Shown here in pieces: positions 51,781 through 64,000 of a stretch of 64,000 nucleotides of DNA (its first letter is position 1; every line of letters starts with the position of its first letter). Made by a program: the position numbers and the translations under genes. The DNA comes from Heptranchias perlo (Eukaryota), in assembly GCF_035084215.1 (NCBI RefSeq), contig NC_090327.1:40486001-40550000 (forward strand), in the 5' to 3' direction. Under the pieces are notes generated by a model. It was not told the origin of the DNA. It worked only from the letters and a program-made list of their open reading frames with translations, and made no database searches.

Positions 51781-54700
51781 AATGGAACTGGAAGGCCAGT
51801 TTGAGTGGGAATGCAATATTTGCACAGCATAGGTCTTCAGTGGAAAAATATCCAAAATTAATTGAACAATTTTCTTTAATTATTAGGTGGCACAATAACA
51901 AGGTTCAGCTGAAGATAACTGTAACAATTCTGGTGATTCCTAGAAACCTGGAGAAACAAATGGACAAGTCACAGATTTCCTATAACCTAATGCTTGCTGC
52001 AGCAACTGTAGTTCAGCTGATGATCTATGATCCATGCCTAAACAATTCCTGGATTGCCAATGGACATATTGATACATGTTTGAGGCCAGATCTCTGATTG
52101 AATTGAATAGGGGGTTCAGGACCTCTCCATTAACTACACAGCACATTTTGAGGTTGAGATTTGGAAACCTAAGGCAGGGTTCCATAAGTATGCGGAATCC
52201 TGGTCTCCAGATCCCAGTCTCAAAATTTGTTGTGCAGTATCTGTACACATTATGCACCCTACCCCACCCATTAAACTATTGAAAGGACTTTCTGTTGAGT
52301 TGAGCGAGTTGATGGGTCTGGGGCAGTTTGGTTCTGCATCACCTGATTGGAGTTAGGACAGTGTCTTTAACAAGGTACTTAATGCACTTTATGTAGCCTA
52401 AATGTTTCACTTGCTGACAGACTACAAACCTGACACCTATATCGCCCTCCAGCTACCCACCTTCACAAGCTTATTACAGATCTGGGATGATCCTGGAGGC
52501 AAGTTGAACCATTCTGAATGAAAGAGTACGATTAGCTTACTGTGTGCGCTTGGAAGTCAACATGGCAATAATGCTGTGATGGAGTTTCCATATCATGCTT
52601 ATGCTGTCATTCTTTCTTACTTGCAAGTAAGAAAATAGATCATATAGGTACTTTTTAAAGGGATTGATCAGTTGATGAAAGAATTGTTATTTAGCAGTGG
52701 CTGACCTGTATTTGAACTTCAGCTCAGTGAAAGGCACACTCAGCTGAGGAAATCAAGTAGCACTAGCAAAATGTCTTTCAGCTCAATACAAAAGCAAAAT
52801 AAGGACTGCATGGAAGAGTGAAAAGAAAAATCTCACTGCTCTTTGTGATGGATCCATTCTGTTAGTTTGGTGTGTCTCACAGCAGAAGAGGGCATGTTAG
52901 CGAGGGAGATGGAGTCTGTCATGGATGATTGGTGTCAGTAAACAAAATTCTCCTCAGTTGTTCTCTAGAATTGCTTGGCTTCTTTGCATGTCTCGCTGAA
53001 TTGGTTTCTTTTATTTGCTGCTTGACTGGTTGACTCTTACCAGACCGAAGGATAAGACCAAAAGCCAAGCTTTCCAATCCACCGTACAAACTGGTTAGCT
53101 GACCCTTGACTCCCACCCATTAACCTAGGTGCTGGTGGTTTTTAGCCTTTTAATCATTCCTGTTCTTGCAGATACAGTCTTCTGTCTAATTAACTCAGCT
53201 TGCTCTACAATCTTCACTCTTTACTGTACTTCAAACCTACTATTTTTAAAGTACTGTACCTAAGCATTAGGGGCACTAATTAAAAAATGGTGTTCATACC
53301 TGAGGTTGACCTCTGGATATTGATGACAGGTAAAATGTGCTAATACACATTTTAAGAGTTCCACAGCAACAAATCTTTCACAGGATGAAGTGGTGGTAGA
53401 TCTTTGTACAAATAACTAATTCTAGTAGTATTGCCAGCTTGTCATTGTTTAAGTGATGTGCAATCATTATAAGAATCAAAGGCGGAAAACCTAAATGGAA
53501 CAAACTATGGTTGTATGTTTAGCTGTAAGTTTCCTTTCTGTCTAATCTTGATTGTTCATTTTGATTAAAATAATGCTCTTGAATATAACATGCATTATTT
53601 TATTATAATGCAAAATCATACTTTAACTTTACAGGTGTATTCCTTTGATGAAGATAGAATTCAACCTACGGTCTCAACAATTCAGAGCAGTCTTTATTTA
53701 TGTTGTAGGTTGTAAGTGCGTCTAGTCAAGTCTACCTCTCTCCTAACATGCCCAAACATAACCTTAAATACCCTTACAGTAATTACTAGTATGCTCTGGT
53801 CCACGCTTTTTGCTTGAACTCAACATGCTTGTTTTAAAATTCATTTTGCATTCACATTAGCACTAAAAAGCCATAATTACACTGATGTACGGTAATATAA
53901 ATGATTAAACAATTTTTTAACTCCATTCCTGTTTATATCTTTCTTTTTTCAGAACTGTTACAGCTTTTATCAGATCTAAATGGGTTAACATGATAAGGAT
54001 CTTGATCTATTAGTGACAGGAACAAACTTAAGAGAATCTCAAACTAGTACCTGCTTAGAATGATGCAGAGCTCACAGACCTGAGTTATACTGCCAGCACT
54101 GTGTTGCTCTCTGGCTAGGCAAAACAGAATTCACATGTCCAAACCTCTGTTCACCATGCTAGCAGATGGACGGCTATCCTTTCAGCTCGCTGCTAATGTT
54201 AAAAGGCTAAAAACAAAGTTTAAAAGTTCCTGGCTATTCTAGAGACTTTATAAAATTTGTTTTGTACCGGTTGCAGTTATACTTCAGTTGATCTGAAGCC
54301 AAAGTCATGTGACACCATGTCCCCCAGCTGGCCTCGCACTGCTTACCTAAATTCAATTTTGGCAACTTCACACCCACACATTTTTAGTTAATGTGAAGCT
54401 GAAACCACTTTGTGTTGACGGAAAATATATAATTCAACTGCACTTAAAAAAACAAAGGCATAAAAACCTGTAAGACCAACATTGGCTGAAAGAAACAACT
54501 TATTCCTTGGCCTGGTGAAATTTGGGCTGATTATTGTACATGTTGGTTTATTGACATTGTAAGAAAAAATTGTACTTTGTAAAACTAGCATGAAAAATTT
54601 GTTTTTGCTTCTGTTCTGTCAAACTCTGCTTTAAATAAATTGTCAGAATAAAGGTAAGTGGCAGATAGGTAATCAATCAAACAACATTATTATTGCTCTA

Positions 54701-56790
54701 ATTCTTTCCCTATTCTTTTGCTAAAATTGGTTGTTTAATCTGTATGCTCAGTGTGCACCAGTTAGATTAGGAAAAGCTCTGACTAAGGAAAGGTCATTGC
54801 TGAGGTCACATTGTATGAGGCCATAACTTCAAAGAAGTTTATCTCTTTTACAACACCATTAAGTCATTGGTAATGGCCTATTGTCTTTCATCATCTCAGG
54901 TCTTCTACCTGCTTATTTACTTCCAGACAAACTACAGAATTCAAGGCACAGTGTAAACAGGTGCTTTTCTGCTTCTTACTTCTTACCCATACCACAACCT
55001 TAACATTAAAAGGTAATGAGATCATTTGTTTAAAAAAATGTAATCATACACAATAGGAGGGCTTTCTATTTCAAGAGCCAATGATAGAACAAGAAACTAA
55101 TGAATAATTATTTTTTATATAATCCACTAAATTATATTTATTAGTTTTTTCCCTTTCCAGCTCTGCACTTCCCCCCCTTAATTGCCTCTTCTTTGCATAC
55201 AACTTCCTTGAATGTCATTAGCTTCCATAAATACTGTCCAGCCAACAACAGGTACATACAGGACATATTAAGAGCCAATATTGCCCACAATGAAGATCGC
55301 ATAAATTGCCAAGCATAAAAATTGTTAACCTTGAGTCCTAGTTGCAGAAGGTCAATCTCAGGAGCTGTATGCAGTGATCATAGCAGCTCTGCTATTATTC
55401 GGCAAGACCAGAAGCCATCCTAATCGAAGGCTGAGGTGGACTTTTTCCTTCTCTTTCTATATCTACCTCTTCACTGTGATAAACGATTTTATCAAGCTGG
55501 CTGCCAGAAAAGTGATAACAATTCAACTGTGCGTGGTGGATACAGGGTACGAAGTTTTGATCTGATACTCAAGTGTTATTTCTCCTCCTCCCCCCAAATG
55601 CCCTCCCCTGCCCTCACGCAAACACTTAACTGGATTTTGTAATGATAGGAAACCAAGAAAACCTTTATTAAATACAAAACCTTATAAATTTCTTTGTTTT
55701 GCATCTTACTGTAGGGAAGCCACCTGAGCTTTACTGGATTTTCATCAGATAGCCTCAGTTTTTGAACTATAACAAGGATTTAGGAATTTTGCAACACTGA
55801 AAAAAGGGTTCTGATCCTTGAACGGAGGATCATTTACAAATCCAGATGATTATGTGGTTGGAAAGCCACTCCTGTAATTTACTGGTAATTAGTAGAAAAA
55901 TAATGAAAGGTTCCTAAAAGTCTCGACAGTCTTCAAGAAAATAAAATAATTTCTTTTTTACTCCTTCAAAAAAGAACTAGATAATATTTGGTGAGGAATA
56001 GTGAAGAAATTATAGGGATAAATATGGACAGAACTAATCAAATACTCCATAGAACACCATGGTTCCTGTGCGGCTGAACCAAGGAAATGCCATCTGTGGA
56101 AAGCCAACCAGAAGTAAATACTGGACGTGTAAGAATAGATATCCTGGAGTTTTGCTTGATTTTCTTTGTAGATGAGGGAGATATTTTGCAGAGTTTTGCC
56201 CTCAGTAACTATAGGAGAACCATAAAAGTTAACAGCACAGAAGGCCATTTGTCCCATCTTGTCTGTGCCAGCTCTTTGCCAGAGCAATCTAAAACTAATC
56301 GCACTGCCTTGCACTATCCCTAAAGCAGTGCATCTTCCTCTTCCCTTAAAAAGATGTAATGCTTTCTGACTCAACTGCTTCCTGTGGCAAAGCATTCCAT
56401 GCTCTTATAACACTCTGTAAATAAATTTCTACTAACCTCTCTCCTCACTCTCTTAGCGACAATTTTAAATTGATAACCCTTCATAACTGACTTCTCAACC
56501 AGAGGAAATAGTCTTTCTCTATTATTCTATCAGAACTCTACATAATTTTAAAAACTCCTCTTAACATTCTCTGATTCAGTGGAAATAGTCCCAATACCTG
56601 AAGTCTCTCCTCATAACTATAATCCTGCTATAATTGTGGTGAATCTGAGTTGTATACACTTTATGGGGTAGATTCTGTTGAAATGGCACAGGAGAGCTCA
56701 AGTAAGAGATGTGGAGGTATTACCATTTTTTAAAAAATTCGTTCATGGGATGTGGGCGTCGCTGACGAGGCCAGCATTTATTGCCCATCC

Positions 56791-59728
56791 CTAATTGCCC
56801 TCGAGAAGGTGGTGGTGAGCCGCCTTCTTGAATCGCTGCAGTCCGTGTGGTGACGGTTCTCCCACAGTGCTGTTAGGAAGGGAGTTCCAGGATTTTGACC
56901 CAGCGACGATGAAGGAACGGCGATATATTTCCAAGTCGGGATGGTGTGTGACTTGGAGGGGAACGTGCAGGTGGTGTTGTTCCCATGCGCCTGCTGCTCT
57001 TGTCCTTCTAGGTGGTAGAGGTCGCGGGTTTGGGAGGTGCTGTCGAAGAAGCCTTGGCGAGTTGCTGCAGTGCATCCTGTGGATGGTGCACACTGCAGCC
57101 ACAGTGCGCCGGTGGTGAAGGGAGTGAATGTTTAGGGTGGTGGATGGGGTGCCAATCAAGCTGGCTGCTTTATCTTGGATGGTGTCGAGCTTCTTGAGTG
57201 TTGTTGGAGCTGCACTCATCCAGGCAAGTGGAGAGTATTCCATCATACTCCTGACTTGTGCCTTGTAGATGGTGGAAAGGCTTTGGGGAGTCAGGAGGTG
57301 AGTCACTCGCCGCAGAATACCCAGCCTCTGACCTGCTCTCGTAGCCACAGTATTTATATGGCTGGTCCAGTTCAGTTTCTGGTCAATGGTGACCCCCAGG
57401 ATGTTGATGGTGGGGGATTCGGCGATGGTAATGCCGTTGAATGTCAAGGGGAGGTGGTTAGACTCTCTCTTGTTGGAGATGGTCATTGCCTGGCACTTAT
57501 CTGGCGCGAATGTTACTTGCCACTTATGAGCCCAAGCCTGGATGTTGTCCAGGTCTTGCTGCATGCGGGCTCGGACTGCTTCATTATCTGAGGGGTTGCG
57601 AATGGAACTGAACACTGTGCAGTCATCAGCGAACATCCCCATTTCTGACCTTATGATGGAGGGAAGGTCATTGATGAAGCAGCTGAAGATGGTTGGGCCT
57701 AGGACACTGCCCTGAGGAACTCCTGCAGCAATGCCCTGGGGCTGAGATGATTGGCCTCCAACAACCACTACCATCTTCCTTTGTGCTAGGTATGACTCCA
57801 GCCACTGGAGAGTTTTCCCCCTGATTCCCATGGACTTCAATTTTACTAGGGCTCCTTGGTGCCACACTCGGTCAAATGCTGCCTTGATGTCAAGGGCAGT
57901 CACTCTCACCTCACCTCTGGAATTCAGCTCTTTTGTCCATGTTTGGACCAAGGCTGTAATGAGGTCTGGAGCCGAGTGGTCCTGGCGGAACCCAAACTGA
58001 GCATCGGTGAGCAGGTTATTGGTGAGTAAGTGCCGCTTGATAGCACTGTCGACAACACCTTCCATCACTTTGCTGATGATTGAGAGTAGACTGATGGGGC
58101 AGTAATTGGCCGGATTGGATTTGTCCTGCTTTTTGTGGACAGGACATACCTGGGCAATTTTCCACATTGTCGGGTAGATGCCAGTGTTGTAGCTGTACTG
58201 GAACAGCTTGGCTAGAGGCGCAGCTAGTTCTGGAGCACAAGTCTTCAGCACCACAGCTGGGATGTTGTCGGGGCCCATAGCCTTTGCTGTATCCAGTGCA
58301 CTGAGCCGTTTCTTGATATCACATGGAGTGAATCGAATTGGCCGAAGACTGGCTTCCGTGATGGTGGGGATATCGGGAGGAGGCTGAGATGGATCATCCA
58401 CTCGGCACTTCTGGCTGAAGATGGTTGCAAACGCTTCAGCCTTGTCCTTTGCACTCACGTGCTGGACTCCGCCATCATTGAGAATGGGGATGTTTGCAGA
58501 GCCTCCTCCTCCCGTTAGTTGTTTAATTGTCCACCACCATTCACGACTGGATGTGGCAGGACTGCAGAGCTTTGATCTGATCCGTTGGTTGTGGAATCGC
58601 TTAGCTCTGTCTATAGCATGTTGCTTCCGCTGTTTAGCATGCATGTAGTCCTGAGTTGTAGCTTCACCAGGTTGGCACCTCATTTTTAGGTACGCCTGGT
58701 GCTGCTCCTGGCATGCTCTTCTACACTCCTCATTGAACCAGGGTTGATCCCCTGGCTTGTTGGTAATGGTAGAGTGAGGAATATGCCGGGCCATGAGGTT
58801 ACAGATTGTGCTGGAATACAATTCTGCTTCTGCTGATGGCCCACAGCGCCTCATGGATGCCCAGTTTTGAGCTGCTCGATCTGTTCTGAATCTATCCCAT
58901 TTAGCACGGTGGTAGTGCCACACAACACGTTGGATGGTGTCCTCAGTGCGAAGACGGGACTTCGTCTCCACGAGGACTGTGTGGTGGTCACTCCTACCAA
59001 TACTGTCATGGACAGATGTATCTGCGACAGGTAGATTGGTGAGGACGAGGTCAAGTAAGTTTTTCCCTCGTGTTGGTTCGCTCACCACCTGCCGCAGGCC
59101 CAGTCTAGCAGCTATGTCCTTCAGGACTCGGCCAGCTCGGTCAGTAGTGGTGCTACCGAGCCACTCTTGGTGATGGACATTGAAGTCCCCCACCCAGAGT
59201 ACATTCTGTGCCCTTGCTACCCTCAGTGCTTCCTCCAAGTGGTGCTCAACATGGAGGAGGACTGATTCATCAGCTGAGGGAGGACGGTAGGTGGTAATCA
59301 GCAGGAGGTTTCCTTGCCCATGTTTGACCTGATGCCATGAGATTTCATGGGGTCCAGAGTCAATGTTGAGGACTCCCAGGGCCACTCCCTCCTGACTGTA
59401 TATCACTTGTACCGCCACCTCTGGTGGGTCTGTCCTGCCGGTGGGACAGGACATACCCAGGGATGGTGATGGAAGAGTCTGGGACGTTGGCTGAAAGATA
59501 TGATTCTGTGAGTATGGCTATGTCAGGCTGTTGCTTGACTAGTCTGTGGGACAGCTCTCCCAATTTTGGCACAAGTCCCCAGATGTTAGTAAGGAGGACC
59601 TTGCAGGGTCGACTGGGTTTGGTGTTTTTTTGCCGTTGTCGTGTCCGGTGCCTCGTGGTCCGTCCGGTTTTATTCTTATTCTGACTTTTCGTAGCGAGAT
59701 TTTACAACTGAGTGGCTTGCTGGGCCAT
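56791..59728 (-). pseudogene. Endonuclease/reverse transcriptase ORF of the LINE (~978 aa reconstructed; one in-frame TAA at 59702-59704 and one +1 frameshift at ~59408)
   Basis: ATG at 59728 is in frame with the 70-aa ORF 59360-59572. Removing one A in GGT ACA A GTG joins that ORF to the 887-aa ORF. Confidence 0.8.
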
Positions 59729-59950
59729 TTCAGACGGCAATTAAGAATCAACCACATTGCTGTGGGTCTGGAGTCACATATAGGCCAGACCGGGTAAGGA
59801 CGGCAGGTTTCCTTCCCTAAAGGACATTAGTGAACCAGATGGGTTTTTACGACAATCCGGTAGTTTCATGGCCACCATCCCTGATACTAGTATTTTAATT
59901 CCAGATTTTTATTTAATGAATTGAATTTAAATTCGCCAGCTGCCGTGGCG

Positions 59951-60032
59951 GGATTTGAACTCATGACTCTGGATTTTAGTCCAGGCCTCTGGATTACTAG
60001 TCCAGTAACATAACCACTATGCTACCGTACCC
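59951..60032 (-). promoter_or_regulatory. tRNA-derived type-2 RNA polymerase III promoter-like head
   Basis: A box TAGCATAGTGG (60024-60014), B box GAGTTCAAATCC (59962-59951), anticodon-like arm CTGGA-CTAGTAA-TCCAG. Confidence 0.75.
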
Positions 60033-62176
60033 GAGTACACCATTGAAGTGGTGTAAGAGGTTTTAGGGTTGCGCATGTATGAAATTCCAGTTAGGAGAAA
60101 TTATTAGATATAGTGCATGATCCTGAGTTAGAGCTCCCTTAACCAGAGTGCACCGTGAATGGTTAGTTGTACAAGTGTTTCCTTAAGAGGGTGAAGAATG
60201 TGCTGGTGCCTAGAGTGGGCAAGGAAGAAAAGGGAGAGTGTCTGGGTATGTTACCTTGCCTTCTTGATGAGGTCATTGAATTTCTTGCAGCCCTGGGACT
60301 AGTGCCAGTTCTACCTTTCTCTCAAGTTGGCATGAATGACATTCTTGGCATGCTTGTTGGCACACAAACCTTTGAGTCTGTGCCTCCTTACTTTAATTTC
60401 CTTGAAGAGGGCTTGGAGGTCTGAGTCAAAAAAATTCTGAGTTCTTTTTCTGAGCCTTGATGCTATGCCCTGCTGCCTTGTTTGGTTGCTTGTTCCAGAG
60501 GGTCCTGCTGTAGATATTCTTGAAAAGTATGATGAAAAAATTGCTGAGAGATGGTCTTAGCACCGTCACATATTTTGGCGGGAACAGGGCAGTAGCAAGA
60601 CCAAAATCACAGTACAGCAATTACTGCCCTGTCCCCACTGACATCTGATCCGCTAAAATTTTGGAATGGGCTGAGAAATAGGGGTTCCACATTCCGACCC
60701 TAAGCAGGTGGGAGCTTCATTCATTTATGCAAATCAAGGTTCTTAAAGGAACTGCTGGAGGCTGCTTGGCAAGTGCTTCAAGTACGTTTGCAGGCTGAAC
60801 TGTCTTTTTAAGGGCTGTATTCCAATTTCCATGCACTGCTGTAGCTTACACCCGTTTTATACAGGACTTACACCATTTGCGGTTCCAATGGGCACACAGA
60901 TAAGCTGACCCAGGAAACCCTCATGCAAATACCTCTCGATCACCAACAGGTGCCAATCCTTTTTTAATGGTGTGACAGCAGCTCATGTCACTGCATGGAA
61001 ATTCTCCCCCCACATCTTCTGCATTCTCTTTATCCATACAACCAGTCACTTCTTCAAAAAACTCTGTTGTTTGTCAAACTTGAGTTAACATGCACGTTGG
61101 CTGTCCTTGATTAGCCCATGTATCTCTAATTTTGATCTTGATTTATGGATTCTAAGAGTTTGCCCACAACTAACATTAGGCTAAGTGGCCTATAGTTACC
61201 CCTTCTTGAACAAGGCTGTTACATCACTATTCCCCAGTCATATGGCACAATTTGCATATTGAAGGTGAATTTAAAAATTATGGTCAGATCCTCTGCTACC
61301 TCCTCTCAGACTTCTTTCAACTGCCTAGTGATTGATCCAATTTTGAGTTCTGTTATTTTTTCAGAGCCAATTCCTTTTCTACAGTGATCTCTAACAATTT
61401 TTCCATATCTTCCTCTAGTACATCAATGTCCATTATTTCCAGAAATGCAAAATACTTATTTAATATTTCCATCATACCTTCATCCTCCACAACTAGACTT
61501 CCCTCTTCATGCCTGTGCAGCTATACCCACACTTAAGTAACATTTACTTTTAATAAACATATAGAAACCTTTACTATTGCCTTTTACCTGCCAGCCTTTC
61601 TTCATATTGCATTTTAGCCCTGTTAATCTCCCTATTCATGTTCACACTCCACTTTCTATATTCCTTGTGATTTTCTTTAATATTGTTAGCCCTTCTTTTA
61701 TCACATGCCCCATTTAAGATTCTGTTTAGTTTTAATCTCTATTTATTTATGGAATTCTTTCCTTTGATGAACCATTTTATAGGAATATATCTATTTTGTA
61801 ATCTATCCATCTTGTATTTGAAGATTCCCCACTGTTGGAGATTTAATAAATTGGGTTGAATCCATGATAGAACAGATCACGGTCTGTGGAAGGAGGGAGT
61901 TTGATGAGACGCATTACCTTTTCTTTTTTTGTGTTTTCTTATATTGTGTAGGGCTGAGTGAAATACAAGTCTGACCTAACAAAACAGAGTAATTGGTTAA
62001 TTATATGGTTCGGGCAGATTAACAAATATCTATTGGTTACCTGCTGACATTCTGACACTTAAAAAAACAACTATTATCAATCTGCCAGTTGTTCATATGT
62101 TTTGGAAACATGTAAGCAATATAACAAATTAAAATAGGAAGATTAGACTTTTTTAGTACCATCGGTAGTAATCGAA

Positions 62177-63630
62177 CTACATAGAATTACATAGAATGTA
62201 CAGCAGAAACAAACCATTTGGCCCAACTGGTCTATGCCGGTGTTTATGCTCCACAAGAGCCTCTTCCCTCCCTATTTCATCTGACCCTATCAGCAAACCC
62301 TTTTATTCCTTTCTCCCTCATGTGTTTATCTAACTTCCCGTTAAATGCATCAATGCTAGTTACCTCAACTACTCCTTGTGGTAGCGAGTTCACTCTCTGG
62401 GTAAAGAAGTTTCTCCTGAATTCACTATTAGATTTATTAGTGATTATCTAATATTTATGACCTCTAATTCTGGTCTCCCCTGCAAGTGGAAACATCTTCT
62501 CTACATCTACCCTATCAAACCCTTTCATAATCTTAAAGACCTCTATCAGGTCACCCCTCAGTCTTCTCTTTTCTAGAGAAAAGAACCCCAGTCTGTTCAA
62601 TCTTTCCTGATAGGTATAACCTCTCAGTTCTGTTATCATCCTGGTATTAACTATACCCCTCAATTTGGTGTTGTCCGCAAATGTTGAAATTGTATTTCTG
62701 ATTCCTGAGTCCAATCATTTATGTAAATGGTGAACAACTGTGGTCCCAGCACTGATCCTTGTGGAACACCACTTCCCACCTTTTGCCAATTTGAGTAACT
62801 ATCTTTAACCCCTACTTTTAGCCTTCTGTTTTGTAGCCAGTTTGCTATCCATTCTGTTACTTGTCCTCTGACTCCCCATGCTCTGACCTTAGTCATGCGT
62901 CTACTATGCGGCACCTTATCGAAGGCCTTTTGAAAATCCAAATATATTAAATCTATTGCATTACCCTTGTCTACTCTTTCTGTTACTTCAAAGAATTACA
63001 ATAAGGTTGGTCAAGCATGACCTTCCCTTTGAAATCCGTGCTGACTATTCTTTATTATATTTTTGGTTTCTAGATGTTTTTCTATTACATCTTTGAGTAA
63101 GGTTTCCATTATCTTTCCACCACTGACATTAAGCTAATTGGCCTATAGTTCCCTGGACTTGTTCTATTTCCCTTTTTAAATACAGGAATAACATTAGCTG
63201 TCCACCAGTCCTCTGGCATTATTCCCTTTTCTAGTGAATTTGTATACATATGTAATAATGCATCTGCTGCTAGCTTCTTTTAATATGCGCAGATGCAATC
63301 CATCCAGACCAAGGGTTTTTATCCTCTCTAAGTTTGATCAGTTTATCAATTATCTTTATTTTTTTATATCTCTTCTTCAAATGCCCTGCCCACCATGTTA
63401 GTCTCCTTGGTAAGTAATGAGGCAAAGTAACTATTCAATATTTCTGACATTTCGCTGTCGCTGCTTATAAGTTCATCATGTGCATTCCTTAGTGACCCTA
63501 TCCCTATCCTGATTTTTCTTTTGTTATTTATGTGTCTGTAGAATACTTTATTTTTTTAAATATTCCTTGATGATTTAATTGTGGTTTTGACTTCTTTCCT
63601 AACTTTTTCATATTCCCTTTTGTCATCCTT
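62177..63630 (-). mobile_element. CR1 LINE with internal deletions
   Basis: DFQKAFDKVPH, SGVPQGSVLGP, FADNTKL fused directly to RMITELRGY; 3' UTR at ~62177-62330. Confidence 0.88.
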
Positions 63631-63884
63631 TAGCTAAAGATCTGTGGACCAGATCTTAAATTTGAAGTGATCATGACAGACCGAGCAACCCTAGATGCCT
63701 ATTTCATATGGGTGTGCGTCACAGCACGAAGCATGGGTAATTGCTTGTGCAAACACGATCATCCCTGACTCCCAAGCCCCACAGCCCATATTATGCACAC
63801 ACCATCGCCACTGCCATGAACTATCTGAAAATCTTTGCCATGACTGAAACTCATAAATGTAGTAAACAGTTGGGGGGGGGGGGG

Positions 63885-64000
63885 ATAGTAACAGACTGGT
63901 GAAATGGGCAGACATGTGGCAGATGAAATTTAATGCAACGAAGTGAGAAGTGATTCATTTTGGTAGGAAGAATGAAAAGAGGCAATATAAACTAAATGGT
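63885..64000 (+). mobile_element. CR1 fragment running off the window end
   Basis: RLVKWADMWQMKFNA..HFGRKNEKRQYKLNG. Confidence 0.75.

Larger units (their letters stand above)
56726..60032 (-). mobile_element. Near full-length single-ORF non-LTR retrotransposon (APE + RT) with a tRNA-derived 5' head
   Basis: 5' A/B boxes, ~300-nt 5' UTR, APE (TNIWGL, LTESYL, YRPP, GDFNVH, SDHH), RT (QFGFR, LDIKAAFDRVWH, GVPQGSVLGP, FADD), short 3' UTR and A-rich end. No ORF1 or RNase H visible. Confidence 0.93.
56665..61011 (-). mobile_element. Old Harbinger-type element (Myb/SANT remnant ~60254-60470) into which the LINE inserted
   Basis: Degenerate TIRs GGGGTAGATTCT and GGGGGAGAATTT. Minus-strand EFFDSDLQALFKEIKVRR...CKKFNDLIKKA followed by a GT donor. 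Confidence 0.55.
56216..61835 (-). mobile_element. Old CR1 remnant (56216-56660 and 61012-61835) hosting later insertions
   Basis: CR1 3' UTR-like sequence at 56216-56400 and degenerate RT-upstream sequence after 61012, both on the minus strand. Confidence 0.55.

Noticed and set aside
59940-60032. Genuine tRNA-Thr gene
   Set aside because: No proper acceptor stem, a duplicated arm, and no downstream T-run terminator. It is continuous with the retroposon 5' UTR.
56715-60045. Target-site duplication for the full-length LINE (ACCATT at 56722 and 60039)
   Set aside because: Only 6 bp and offset by 6 nt from the apparent 5' end, too weak to call.

Overview
Repeat-rich vertebrate genomic DNA; the repeat content (CR1 and L2 LINEs, Deu-type SINEs, Penelope and Harbinger remnants) suggests a cartilaginous fish, which is an inference. 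The only intact host gene is a two-exon GDF6 (BMP13) on the + strand (CDS 13161-13545 joined to 22173-23056, 422 aa). It has a CpG-island promoter and lies in a ~13 kb, almost TE-free, CpG-retaining domain. The flanks are nested retroposon and DNA-transposon debris. Main findings: (1) a near-intact 3.3 kb single-ORF LINE (56726-60032, -) with a tRNA-derived Pol III-type head and no TTTT on its sense strand, a candidate Pol III-transcribed autonomous retrotransposon, plus a matching SINE-sized derivative at ~33690-34097; (2) a hAT-like non-autonomous element (28289-29423) that appears to have captured an exon/intron piece of an HHIP-like gene; (3) a ~98 bp direct repeat bracketing an L2 copy; (4) a minimal hammerhead ribozyme motif ~1.15 kb upstream of GDF6; (5) a young, internally deleted Harbinger with intact TIRs and TSD. 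Boundaries of decayed repeats are approximate, and family names come from motif recognition by eye, not from database searches.
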